Shown here: piece after piece, positions 25,348 to 37,900 of the stretch
Layout: each line of letters begins with the position of its first letter
Position numbering within the stretch: the stretch's first letter is position 1
Made by a program: the position numbers and the translations under genes
Origin: Camelus dromedarius
Lineage: Eukaryota
DNA length: 60,000 nt
Reading direction: 5' to 3'
Assembly: GCF_036321535.1 (NCBI RefSeq)
Contig: NC_087436.1
Span: forward strand, 66,466,001 to 66,526,000
Notes under the pieces: model-generated
Told to the model about the DNA's origin: nothing
Seen by the model: only the letters and a program-made list of their open reading frames with translations
Databases searched by the model: none

Positions 25348-28300
25348 TTAGATTCCACATATGAGCGATCTCATGTGGTATTTTTCTTTCTCTTTCTGGC
25401 TTACTTCACTTAGAATGACATTCTCCAGGAGCATCCATGTTGCTGCAAATGGCATTATGTTGTCGGTTTTTATAGCTGAGTAGTATTCCATTGTATAAAT
25501 ATACCACCTCTTCTTTATCCAGTCACCTGTTGATGGACATTTAGGCTGTTTCCATGTTTTGGCTATTGTAAATAGTGCTGCTATGAACATTGGGGTGCAG
25601 GTGTCATCCTGAAGTAAGGTTCCTTCTGGATACAAGCCCAGGAGTGGGATTCCTGGGTCATATAGTAAGTCTATTCCTAGTCTTTTGAGGAATCTCCACA
25701 ATGTTTTCCATAGTGGCTGCACCAAACTGTATTCACCAGCAGTGTAGGAGGGTTCCCTTTTCTCCACAGCCTCTCCAGCATTTGTCATTTGTGGACTTTT
25801 GAATGACGGCCATTCTGAGTGGTGTGAGGTGATACCTCATTGTAGTTTTGATTTGCATTTCTCTGATAATTAGTGATATTGAGCATTTTTTCATGTGCCT
25901 ATTGATCATTTGTATGTCTTCCTTGGAGAATTGCTTGTTTAGGTCTTCTGCCCATTTTTGGATTGGGTTGTTTATTTTTTTCTTATTGAGTCGTATGAGC
26001 TGCTTATATATTCTGGAGCTCAAGCCTTTGTCGGTTTCACTTGCAAAAATTTTCTCCCATTCCGTAGGTTGTCTTCTTGTTTTATTTCTGGTTTCCTTTG
26101 CTGTGCAGAAGCTTGTAAGTTTCATTAGGTCCCATTTGTTTATTCTTGCTTTTATTTCTACTAGGAGAAAATTTTTGAAATGTATGTCAGATAATGTTTT
26201 GCCTATGTTTTCCTCTAGGAGGTTTATTGTATCTTGTCTTATGTTTAAGTCTTTGATCCATTTTGAGTTGATTTTTGTATATGGTGTAAGGGAGTGTTCT
26301 AGCTTCATTGTTTTACATGCTGCTGTCCAGTTTTCCCAACACCATTTGCTGAAGAGACTGTCTTTATTCCAATGTATATTCTTGCCTCCTTTGTCGAAGA
26401 TGAGTTGACCAAAAGTTTGTGGGTTCATTTCTGGGCTCTCTATTCTGTTCCATTGGTCTATATGTCTGTTTTTCTACCAATACCATGCTGTCTTGATGAC
26501 TGTAGCTCTATAGTATTGTCTGAAGTCTGGGAGAGTTATTCCTCCAGCTTCTTACTTTCTCTTCAGTAATGCTTTGGCAATTCTAGGTCTTTGATGGTTC
26601 CATATAAATTTTATTATGATTTTTTCTAGTTCTGTGAAATATGTCCTGGGTAATTGGATAGGGATTGCATTAAATCTGTAGATTGCCTTGGGCAGTGTGA
26701 CCATTTTAACAATATTGATTCTTCCAATCCAAGAGCATGGGATATCTTTCCATTTTTTAAAGTCTTCTTTAATTTCCTTCATCAATGGTTTATAGTTTTC
26801 TGTGTATAATTCTTTCACCTCCTTGGTTAGATTTATTCCCAGATATTTTATTACTTTGGGTGCTATTTTAAAGAGGATTGTTTCTTTACTTTCTTTTTCT
26901 GTTGATTCATCGTTAGTGTAAAGAAATGAAACTGATTTTTGAACGTTAATTTTGTAACGTGCTACCTTGCTGAATTCTTCAATCAGCTCTAGTAGCTTTT
27001 GTGTGGACCTTTTAGGGTTTTCTGTATATAGTAACATGTCATCAGCATATAATGACACTTTTACCTCTTCTTTTCCAATTTGGATCCCTTTTATTTCTCT
27101 CTCTTGCCTGATTGCTGTGGGTAGGACTTCCAGGACTATGTTGAATAGGAGTGGTGATAGTGGGCATCCTTGTCTTGTCCCAGATTTTAGTGGGAAGCTT
27201 TTGAGTTTTTCACCATTAAGTATTATGCTGGCTGTAGGTTTGTCATATATAGCTTTTATGATGTTGACATATGTTCCCTCTATACCCACTTTGGAGGGAT
27301 TTTTTATCATAAATGGGTGTTGAATTTTATCAAACGCTTTTTCTGCATCGATTGAGATGATCATGTGGTTTTTGTCCTTTCTCTTGTTGATGTGATGTAT
27401 TACATTGATTGATTTGCGTATGTTGAACCACCCTTGTGTCACTGGGATGAACCGCACTTGGTCATGATGTATAATCTTTTTTATGTGTTGTTGGATTCTA
27501 TTTGCTAATATTTTAGTGTGGATTTTGGCGTCTATGTTCATCAGTGATATTGGCCTATAATTCTCTTTTTCTGTAGTGTCTTTGCCTGGTTTTGGTATGA
27601 GGGTGATGGTGGCTTCATAGAATGAGTTTGGGAGTATTCCCTCCTTTTCAATCGTCTGTAAGATTTTGAGAAGGACTGGTATGAATTCTTCTTTGTATGT
27701 TTGGTAGAATTCCCCAGTGAAGCCGTCTGGTCCTGGACTTTTATTTGTAGGGAGGTTTTTAATTGCTATTTCTATTTCCTTTCTAGTGATCGGATTGTTC
27801 AAGTGTTCAGATTCTTCTTGATTCAGTCTTGGTGGACAGTATGTTTCCAGAAACTTGTCCATCTCCTCTAGGTTATCCAGTTTGGTTCCATATAGTTTTT
27901 CATAATATTCTCATATGATATTCTGTATTTCTATTTTGTTTGTTGTAATTTCTCCATTTTCCTTTCTTATTTTGCTAATTTGTGCTCTCTCTTCTTTCTT
28001 CTTTGTGAGTTTGGCCAGAGGTTTGTCGATTTTATTTACTTTTTCAAAAAACCAGCTTTTGGTTTGGTTGATTTTTTCTATGGTCTTATTAATCTCTATT
28101 GTATTTATTTCCTCTCTGATCTTTATTATTTCCTTCCTTCTGCTGCTTTTTGGGGCTTTTTGTTCTTCTTTTTCTAATTCATTCAGGTGGTGGATTAAAT
28201 TGTTTATTTGAGATTGTTCTTCTTTTCTGAGGAAGGCCTGTATCGCTATAAACTTCCCTCTTAGCACTGCCTTTGCTGTGTCCCATAGATTTTGTGTGGT

Positions 28301-29137
28301 TGTGCTTTCATTATCATTTGTCTCAAGGTATTTTTTAATTTCAGCTTTGATTTCCTCATTGACCCATTGTTTTTTCAAGAAAAAAAGGAAAGCATGGAGA
28401 TTAAACAATCTCCTTTGTTTCTCTGTTGTTGATTTCCAGTTTCATGGTATTGTGGTCAGTAAAGATACTTGAGATAATTTCTATCTTCTTAAAATTGTTG
28501 AGGTTTCTTTTGTGCCCAAGTACATGATCGATCCTGGAAAATGTTCCATGTGCACTTGAAAAGAATGTATATCCTATTTTTGGGGGGTGTAATGCTCTGA
28601 AAATATCCACCAAATCTAGTTTTTCTATTGTAGTATTTAATTTCTCTGTTGCCTTGTTTATTTTCTGTCTGGAAGATCTGTCTAGTGATGTTAATGCAGT
28701 GTTAAAATCTCCAACTATGACTGTATTCCCATCAATATTCCCCTTTATCTCTGTTAGTAATTGTTCTATGTACTTAGGTGCTCCTATATTGGGTGCATAT
28801 ATATTAACGAGTGTAATATCCTCATTTGTATCACTCCTTTAATCATTATAAAATGTCCTTCTTTATCTTTCTTTATGGCCTTTGTTTTAAAGTCTGTTTA
28901 GTCTGAAATCAGTACTGCAACACCTGCTTTTTTGGCTTTTCCATTTGCATGGAATATCCTTTTCCATCCTTTCAGTCTCGATCTATATGTGTCCTTCTCC
29001 CTAAAGTGGGTCTCTTGTATGCAGCATATTGAAGGTTCTTGCTTTATTATCCAGTCTGCCACTCTATGTCTTTTGACTGGAGCATTTAGTCCATTAACAT
29101 TTACAGTAATTAATGATAGATGTGTCTTTATTGCCAT
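25348..29137 (-). pseudogene. L1 ORF2 (endonuclease/reverse transcriptase), disrupted
   Basis: EN start MAIKTHLSLITVNVNGLN...QETH, RT motifs [10 protein letters not shown] and YADD, and a C-terminal CWRGC...HCW region. Stops at about 28898, 27911, 26552 and 26474, frameshifts near 28825 and 25735, and an inversion at about 28379-28409. Confidence 0.97.
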
Positions 29138-29534
29138 TTTGAACTTACCTTTGCAGTTGAATTGGTATATCCTCTTTGTTCCTTTCTTCTTCCTTTTGTG
29201 GTTTGGTAATTTTCCTTTGTGTTATCATGGATTTTATTTAATTTTTGTGACTCCCTTGTAAGTTTTTGGCTTGTGGTTACCCTTTTTTGTAAATCTATTA
29301 GCCTATTACTATAACTGTTTTTATTAAACTGATAGTAACATGATCTCAAACCCATCCTACTGTTAAAAAAATTTTAAAAAGAAAGAAAAATATTCTATAT
29401 TTCCCTGCCTCCCTCTCCCACTCTCAGTGATTTGTATGTCTTCTTTTATAATTTCGTGTTTATTTGTAATTCATGAGTTATCACCTTTCCAGTTGTGAGT
29501 TTCTCATTTCTGTAGCATCCTGCTGCTTTTCTGT

Positions 29535-30437
29535 TTAGAGTAGACCTTTCAATATTTCTTTTAGCATGGGTTTAGTGTTCCTAAACTCCTGCAGCTCTTT
29601 CTTGTCTGTGAAATTCTTTATTTCTCCTTTTATCCTCAAGGATAGCCTTGCTGGATAAAGGATCCTAGGCTGCATCTTTTTTTCATTCAGGACTTTGAAT
29701 ATATCTTGCCACTCCCTTCTGGCCTGTAGTGTTTGTGTAGAGAAATCAGCTGAGAGCCTTATGGGGGTTCCCTTGTAACATACTCTTTGCTTTTCTCTTG
29801 CTGCCTTTAGAATCATTTCTTTATCCTTGACTCTGGCCATCTTGATTATGATATGTCTTGGTGTGGGTCTATTTGGGTTCTTCCTGTTTGGGACCCTCTG
29901 AGCTTCCTGTACTTGGATATCTGATTCCTTCTTTAAGTTTGGGAAGTTTTCAGTCATGATTTCTTCAAAAACCTTTTCAATCCCCTTTGATCTTTCTTCT
30001 CCTTCTGGGACCCCTATTATGCGAAGATTGGGACGCTTTATATTATCCCATAGGTCCCTTATGCTATTTTCATTATTTTTTATTTGTTTATCTTGTAGCT
30101 CTTCTGAATGAGTGCTTTCTGTTATCCTGTCTTCTAGATCACTAATTCGTTCCTCTGCATTATCTAGTCAGCTTTGCACAGCTATTAGATCATTCCTCAT
30201 CTCTGTCAATGAGTTTACCCATTCTACTTGGCTCTTCTTTATAGCTTCAATTTCATTTTTGACATATTTTATATCTCTAAACACTATCTCTTGTAATTCC
30301 TTCAGCACTTTGATCACTCCTTTTTTGAAATCTTGATCTAGTAAGCTATCGATATCTATTTCATTGATCTTTCTTTCAGGGGATTTCTCTTGTTCTTTTA
30401 ATTGGGAAAGGTTTCTCTGCTTCTTCATCTTGATCAT
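29535..30437 (-). pseudogene. L1 ORF1 (about 300 aa) with a single nonsense codon
   Basis: ORF pieces 30168-30437 and 29535-29957 are in frame. The intervening codons read LDNAEERISDLEDR...RDLWDNIKRPNLRIIGVPEGEE. The only lesion is TGA at 30168-30170, probably CGA>TGA. Confidence 0.95.
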
Positions 30438-30839
30438 ACCTCTCTGGCACTGTGGTTTATGGAGTATCAGTTATCTATTTGGTCCTTAAGGAGTTTATCT
30501 ATCTAATGCCTATTTAAGAATAAGACTTAGGAAAAAAAGAAAAAATAAGAGAGAGAGAGAGAAAGAATTTTAAAAGAAGGGAGAAAGAAGGTTTGAAAAC
30601 AGTGTATAATGAATAATAGAAGAGCGAGTTGAAGCAGAATATCAGTCGGGTTGAGACATCCTTTTAAAACCTTTTTAAAAAGGGGAAAAGATGAAAAGAT
30701 GTATTTGAAACCTGTGTCTAATCAATAACAGGACATCAAAACCCAAGAGAAATATAAATGAATTAAGAAGTAAAAATTAAGAGGGTAATAGAAAATAGAA
30801 TAGGTAAAAACAGATTAAAAAAAGGTGGGGGGGGTCGGC

Positions 30840-32100
30840 ATTCTCCTGGAGTCTGTGTGCTTTTAATGTGAAGTCTTTCTGTCTTCGTCCTGTTTTGGAA
30901 GCTCAGCTTGCTGTTTCCAGAGGCCCTCCGTTGGCGCTCTCTTCTGTGCTGCTCTCAGTACCTGTTGGCAAGCCGATCTCGCCTCCTCCCAACACTGGGT
31001 CAGGTGCAGCTCTCCTTTGCTGTGGGCGGGCGAGTCACTGCCCCTCCCGATGCCGCAGTCAGATGTTGCAGACTGGCCGGGTAGGAGGGCGGGTCGTGCC
31101 CCCTCCCAGCTCTTTGGTCAGGGGCTGCATTCCTGCCTGCAAGGAGGGGGGCCGCCCTCCCTCTCCCGCCGCAGGTAGCTCCCCTGCTCTGTGCGGCTGC
31201 ACACTCCACCTTGGGTCGGCGCTCTGCAGGTGGGCTCGGGGAAGACCGAGGGACAGCCTTGTCCCTGCTCCAGGCCAAAGCTCAGCTCCTTGTTTGTCTT
31301 TGCGGAGCAAGTTCTCTGAGGGACCTGGGTGGAAGTTTCCCATCTGCCTCGGTCTGTAGACAAGTCTCCGTCTGGCCTTTAAGGCTGCTAAGCCCTTCGG
31401 TGCAGACGCAGGTTTCACCCCCGCTGCCACCTGGATGCTAAGCGCCAGAGGATATGGAGGCTGTGCCTGAGCCCCGCCTCTCTTCCCCCGAAAACTTTCC
31501 ACAGGTTTTCAGAGATGGGGGTATGCACCCTTCCCCCAGGGCACTTCAACTGTATTGTTTTATGGAGGGCCCAGGTTGTTCTGCCCTGTACACCCACAGC
31601 CACGGCGAGCAGCCCCTTGCGTTCCCCCGGGGCTGCCTCAGTGCATCCGCCCCTGTCCTCTGCCCGGCTTGGGCAGCCTGGCCCTGCCCGCAGTTGCCGG
31701 CCCGCATCTTAGGCTGGGTGTCGGGGGGCCCTCTGTGCCCCTTTAACTTAGTTCTGTCAGTCAAGGGCTGCTCTGTACAGACCCGAGCCTCAGAGGCTCC
31801 CCCTCCGTCCAGCTGGCCTCTCAGTTGGAGAGGGGAGACCCAGCGAACGAGCGCCAGTCCTCCTTTGCTGCTCCCTCACCGCAGGACCCGTCCCGCTCTG
31901 CTTTGCCTTTTGTTTTCTTTTTTCCTTTTCTCCTACCAGATTTTTGGCATCTTTATCTTTTGAAGAGGGTGATGTTCTGTCAGAGTTCCGCAGGTGCTCT
32001 GGTTGGCTGAGTGGGTCTGTGGATGTGAGTCTTGGTGCATTTGTGGGAGAGGGTGAGCTGCGAGTGTCCTTCTACTCTGCCATCTTCTCTCTTCCCACCA
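30840..32100 (-). promoter_or_regulatory. L1 5' UTR internal promoter region (GC/CpG-rich) with a YY1-type motif
   Basis: The only markedly GC- and CpG-rich stretch in the window. AAGATGGC on the minus strand at 32079-32086, about 15 nt from the element 5' end as in other mammalian L1s. Confidence 0.8.
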
Positions 32101-32391
32101 AAAATTTTGTATAGGATTCAAACCCTGTGAAAGGAAACAAGGCAAATTACTGAAAAATAAGTAAATAAATAAAATCACTAAGAAGAAAAATGAAGGAAAT
32201 AATTTAAAATTTGAATTATGATTTAAAAATTAAATTTGACCTATTTCATTCATTTCATGCTGTGTTCTTTTTAATAGCTTATGGTTTTGAAATTAAATAC
32301 TAAACTATTTTTGTGAAAACCTAATTTACCTTAGTGTTAAATATTAGCTAGTTAATAAATTTAAAATAAATAAATAACAAATAAATGTTCA

Positions 32392-33512
32392 TTGCAAAAA
32401 TTTCTAAATGGGACATGATAAAACCTAAAAGTTTTTGCACAGCAAAGGAAACCACAAACAAAGTGAAAAGGCAACGTAAGGACTGGGAGAAAATATTTGC
32501 AAATTATGTGACTGACAAGGGCTTAATTTCCAGAATATATAAACAGCTCATACAACTCAATAACAGAAAAACAAAAACACAATCAAAAAATGAGTGGAAG
32601 ATATAGATAGGTATTTTTCCAAAGAAGACATACAGATAGCCAACAGGCACATGAAAAGATGTTCAGCATCAGTAACTACCAAGAAATGCAAATCAAAACC
32701 ACAATGAGTTATCACCTCACACCAGTGACAATGCCCATCATAAAAATTCCACAAATAATAAGTGCTGGAGAGGGTGTGAGTAAAAGGAAACCTTCCTATA
32801 CTGATAGGAATGTGTTTTGGTGCAGCCACTATGGAAAACAGTATGGCAAGTCCTTAAAAAACTAAGAGTAGAGTTATGATATGATCCAATCCCGCTCCTG
32901 GCATATATCCAGAGAAAACTCTAATTTGAAAAGATACATGCACCCCAGTGTTTGTAATAGCACTATTTACAATAGCCAAGACATGGAAGCAACCTAAATG
33001 TCCATCAGCAAATGACTGGATAAAGAAGTTGTGTTAAATATATACAATGGAATACTACTCAGCCATAAAAAGAATGAAATAATGCCACGTGCAGGAACAT
33101 AGATGAATTTAGAGATTATCATACTAAGTGAAGTAAATCAGAAGAAGAAAGACAAATATCATGTTATCACTTATGTGTGGAATCTAAAAAAAAATGATAC
33201 AAATGTACTTATTTATAAAACAGAAAGAGACTCACAGACATAGAAAACAACCTTATGGTTACCAAAGGGGAATGAGGAGAAGGAGGGATAAATTAGGAGT
33301 CTGGGATTAGCAGATACAAACTACTATATATAAAACAGATAAACAACAAAGTCCTACTATGTAGCAAAAGGAACTACCTTCAATATCTTGTAATAACCTA
33401 TAATGAAAAAGTATATATACATATATATATATATATATATAACTGAATCCCTACGCTGTACACCAGAAACTAATGCAGCATTGTAAATCAACTGTACTTC
33501 AATTTTTAAAAA
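32392..33512 (+). mobile_element. ~1.1 kb 5'-truncated L1 (ORF2 C-terminus and 3' UTR)
   Basis: ORF remnants [16 protein letters not shown] and [13 protein letters not shown]. Ends ttgtaaatcaactgtacttcaat, with an internal (TA)n at about 33412-33441. Confidence 0.92.
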
Positions 33513-36500
33513 TGTATACTGCTATAGAATGCACTGTTTATAGCTCACACTAACCATTTACTAACATAATTTTAGTCATTATAATGAATAACAATTTCAT
33601 TGAGATGATAATGAATTATAAATCTAAGTAGGCATTTCTTAATATATTCAAAAAGTAAATAGTTTTATACATGAAAATAATAAAAGGCCTTAAGTCCAAT
33701 AGATGTATACAACTAGAACACCAATGATAAAAAATCTCTGAAGAACATTGTAAGTTTTCCTGGCAACATAATTAAACTTTTTAGAGTAAAAATAGAATCT
33801 CAAACTTTTCGGTTATGCTTATAGATAATTTACTTCCTACATTGTGTCAATATTTTTACTCTAAGACCTAAGGGCTGTGACTAATTCTTGTTAATACATG
33901 AGAAGTAGCGCACAAGAGACACCTTTAAACTCATCTTTGCATAAGTTATATTTTAGTTGGCTTGATTCCTTACATTTTGTTTTTCTATTCCTGAAATCAT
34001 GTCTTCCTTTGCTCCTGGGTTATTTCCAACTGTGTTCTGCAGCTGTTGGTTCAATTCACGATAAACAATTGATTACACAGATCATAGAACAAGTTAATCA
34101 GTCTGGGACTTTGGTAATGAAAAATAAAGCTCCAGCAAGTTAATGTATCAGTCTTAAGCAGAGAAGATATCTAAAACTAATTAAACACTGTTCCCAGTGA
34201 CAGTAATTTAAGCTCTACTCCTGAAACCTTTATACTTCCTAGAACCACTGTTTTCATAATGGTAGTGTCAAATTACAATTTCATCTTTTGAATCAGTATA
34301 ATTAAGCTCTATGAGACAAACCCTACCTTATAAAAGCGACCTTGAAATAAAAGTTTGTAAGTACAACATATCTTATAAGGATCTGTATTTTCTAACCTAG
34401 TATTTCCTTTTGTCCTGGGGTGGCTAGTTATTAATGAGTAATTTCCCTTGGGAAGATAAATTCTAGGAAATATTCAACCCAGTTGGAGGAAATATTTGGT
34501 ACCATTTTACTCAGTCATTATTATGAAGAAGAAAAAACTTTCATAGAAGCCCTAAGTAGATTTAGACTTCTATAATCCATAACTTCTGGGATAGCTGGCA
34601 AGGTGAATATGTAACTTTTCCCATGATGGAGGCAGACAAGGAAGAAAGAGCTTGGGCAATTTGAATTAACTAGGTATCAATGTCTGCTACAGGCAGAATT
34701 ATTTCTATAATAAATTATTTGTTTTAAGATACCTAAACCTAACTGAAGTACTATATAAATACAAAGAATCTAAGTTAAAATTTAGCTCAAACTAAACCTT
34801 GGAACCAAGCCATGGAAATTCTCTCAATACAGTATCTCTGCTCTCATTTGTTTTATTGTTATTCATACCTTTTATATTCTTCCTTTTACAAGGCAGGTGA
34901 AATTTTGGTCATTTTGTAGTTTCTCAGATACCTGGAGATAGTGAATATCTCAATACTAAATATAATACTGAAGAGACAGAATCTGATAAATCCACTTATG
35001 TGTCAGAATGTTTAACTCTGATCATGCATCTGTGGCTAGGGTCAAGAAAATATGCTAACATGGCTGTCAGGGCTACATACTTATTGGACTTAGGGTTATT
35101 TCCCTGTGTTTGAGTTTACTAGTGATAATTTCCCACAACCCTAATGTCTCAACTAAGTTCAGAATCAATTGAGAAGTCAAACAGTGGAGTCAAAGAGAAA
35201 GATATCCAAGTACTGGTGTTAATACTAATAAATTAATGCAATAAAGACTAGATTGGAAATTGTGGATTAGATATAGGTCACAGTCAAATATTCTTATAAT
35301 CTCCATTAATTGTTAAATTATTGAACCTTGGGTAATCCAACCAAAGAAAGAGTTTGCATCTACAGAGACGACACACTCAACGTCCATCCTTAGAGTCCCT
35401 TACTTGAAACAGAGAGAAAAGTGGGCTTCCACATTTACCTCTAGAAGGGGCCAAAATGTGAGGTCAGTATCGTATAAAAGTAACAGAGTAGAACCACCAG
35501 TTTTTCATATGAAAGATACAAAAAGAACAAGACAGAGAAAGAGCAAGAGGGGAGAAAAAAATAGAGAGAGGTGGATAAATTTTTCTGACTGTTAAATCAG
35601 ACAACTCATTCTTTGGAGTGGATTAAGTCAACGTAAGGAATCATGGGGTATTTTCCAATACAGGTGTGGACCAGACAAGACTAACTTTACAAGAAAAGAA
35701 AGTTTCTTTTACATCAAAGAAGATAATGTCAGATAAGGCCAAGTTTAGATTGTCTGTGGTCAGTGAACTTGTCAAGAGTCTGTGTGAGTCATAAGAGGAA
35801 GGGTTATGCAGAAAGTAACTGCTCAGCTCCAGTGGTGTTGGTGAAGAGAGGACAGTTTTCTATATAAACTCATAGGATACCAGTCAAGTTGTTCACATTT
35901 TCTAACTCTTACTGACAAGGTCAGCAATCACTGTCCCATTGAAATAAAGGTTCTTTAGCACTATGAATGATATGATGAAAACAAGAACATTTTTGCAAGG
36001 TGATTAAATACTTGTGTGAAGTTATGAAGTTGTGGTAAGAGTGAAACCAGAAACAAAAGGGTATCTTTAAGAGAGAGAAAGAAGAAATGTTAAAACAAAC
36101 ATAAAACTATATTAATCTTTCAAATTTGAAACAAAAATTTTTATATTCACCTGAAAAATCCACCAGTGAATATCTTCAAAATAATATTCTCTAATGGTAA
36201 TCATTTTTAATTTGCTGATTTCCCAGTTATTTGGATAATAAATTACCAAATTTCTCAGTATGTTATGATTTCTAGAAATTGTACTTTTAATATATTAAAA
36301 CTAGAAATTTTAGAAAATTTGAACTTTAGGACAGTGGAGATAATTAAAAATTGAAGAAAGAAAGAGAAGGGTTTTTTCCTTGGAAATCATTTGGACATGA
36401 ATAAATGAATAATTATTAGAACAAGAATTAGGATCAATCCTGTTACCTTCATCAAGTGACTGTCAATATGTATTAAGAATGTCTTCAATATAGTTTGTTA

Positions 36501-36949
36501 TCTTGAATGTTGATTTAGCATTTATATGTAGTTCTGATCCCAAATCAATTTTTTAAAGCAGAATTGATTTTGGATTTGCCTTTATATAAAAGACACCTAA
36601 GATTAGTTTCAGTGAATGATCCTGCTTTTCCACATGTCATCCTGAGCTCAAGGCAAGTCTCTTGTTTAAACCATACCTAATCTCAGAGCAGTCAGTTTTT
36701 AATTTTTAAGGTTTGCTTTAATCAGAGTTGAAAATGTGCTTTTGTTTTTAATTTGTTTGTGTATTACCTAAACACAATATAGAATTAGCTATGAAATTTC
36801 TTGTGCAAAGGTTGGATTCATTTCATCTCTTCTTACTTTCCATCTCTAACATTTGAACTCTCTATTAAGGATTATGCCTGAAAAAATGCAAATCTACCTA
36901 CTACCTAAATAAAAACATGTGCATTAGGTCCCATCATCCCCTAAATAAC

Positions 36950-37900
36950 CAAGAATCACAATGTATGAAGTTAAAAGGAAATGATAAACTGGAAAAAATG
37001 CAAAATGTGTGACAAAGATTGATGACTTTAATATATATACAGAATTCATAAAATAATAAAAAATAAAAAATTGGAAAAAGAAACTAAACAAAATTTACTA
37101 GATAAATAACAATTCCATCTTAACTATTAACGTCTTACTATGGGACGGGAGCTGTGCTAATCACTTAACCTGAAATGTCTCATATAATTCTCAAGTAATC
37201 TGTTATTCACACTAGGAATTGTATGTGATACCTCATTATTGATATTATAATAGTACATTTCATAAAAATGCAAAAAGACAGTTTGAACCTCACAAGCTGA
37301 TTTTTTTAAATGCAAATTTTTTTTAAAAAGGTTCAATTTTTTTCACATGTCCGATTGGCAAAACACAGAAGTAACAAAACCACATTTGTATATGAGAAAA
37401 AGATCTCTTCGTATTCATTGTTTCTGAAAATATACAAACCTCCTGGAGTCCAACTTGAACAAGTAGTCAAATATGGCAGAGAGTGTGCATCTAATGCTCA
37501 TAAAATATTTGCAAAAGCAAGGGAATATGTTTGGAGGCAAAAGTACAGAGCCATAAAAATCTTAAATCTGAGATAATCACAATTTTTATTATGGAAAATA
37601 TGAGACTTGAGATACTCTCCATTTAGTGGAATCTTACCAGAATTTACCAAGTACGTAAGTATCTATACAGAAAATATTTTGTTGATTAAAAGATTTTAGT
37701 CTATAGAGAATAATCAGTTAACCGTAATATGGAAGTTTGAGGAATATGACTGCCACTTCATGACAATATAAACAGATCATTTAATAGACTAATAAAATAT
37801 AGAGACTGATAAAAATAATTAGTCCATATGTGAAAAAATTCATTTTTCAGAAAAACAACTGACATAGTATTAGAGACACCTATGACTAAGAAAAATGATT
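36950..37900 (+). mobile_element. Ancient L1ME-like 3' fragments
   Basis: aaaggaaatgataaactggaaaaaat...gacaaagattgatgactttaatatata and acatgtccgattggcaaaa are degenerate ORF2 tail motifs. Confidence 0.5.

Larger units (their letters stand above)
25016..32100 (-). mobile_element. Full-length (~7.1 kb) LINE-1, inactivated
   Basis: GC-rich 5' UTR, ORF1, ~400-bp spacer, ORF2 (EN, RT, C-terminal), 3' UTR and A-tail. TSD AAAATTTT at 25008-25015 and 32101-32108. Confidence 0.98.

Noticed and set aside
25057..30336. Numerous plus-strand ORFs (for example 25848-26408, 186 aa; 26967-27323)
   Set aside because: Antisense shadows of L1 ORF1 and ORF2, not independent genes.
30868..31764. Overlapping Pro/Ala/Gly-rich ORFs on both strands
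   Set aside because: Expected in the GC-rich L1 5' UTR, with no recognisable domain. Only the 31454 ORF is kept, as a low-confidence finding.
35340..36030. Moderately GC-richer block, possibly an ancient LTR
   Set aside because: No termini or family motif that I could identify with confidence.
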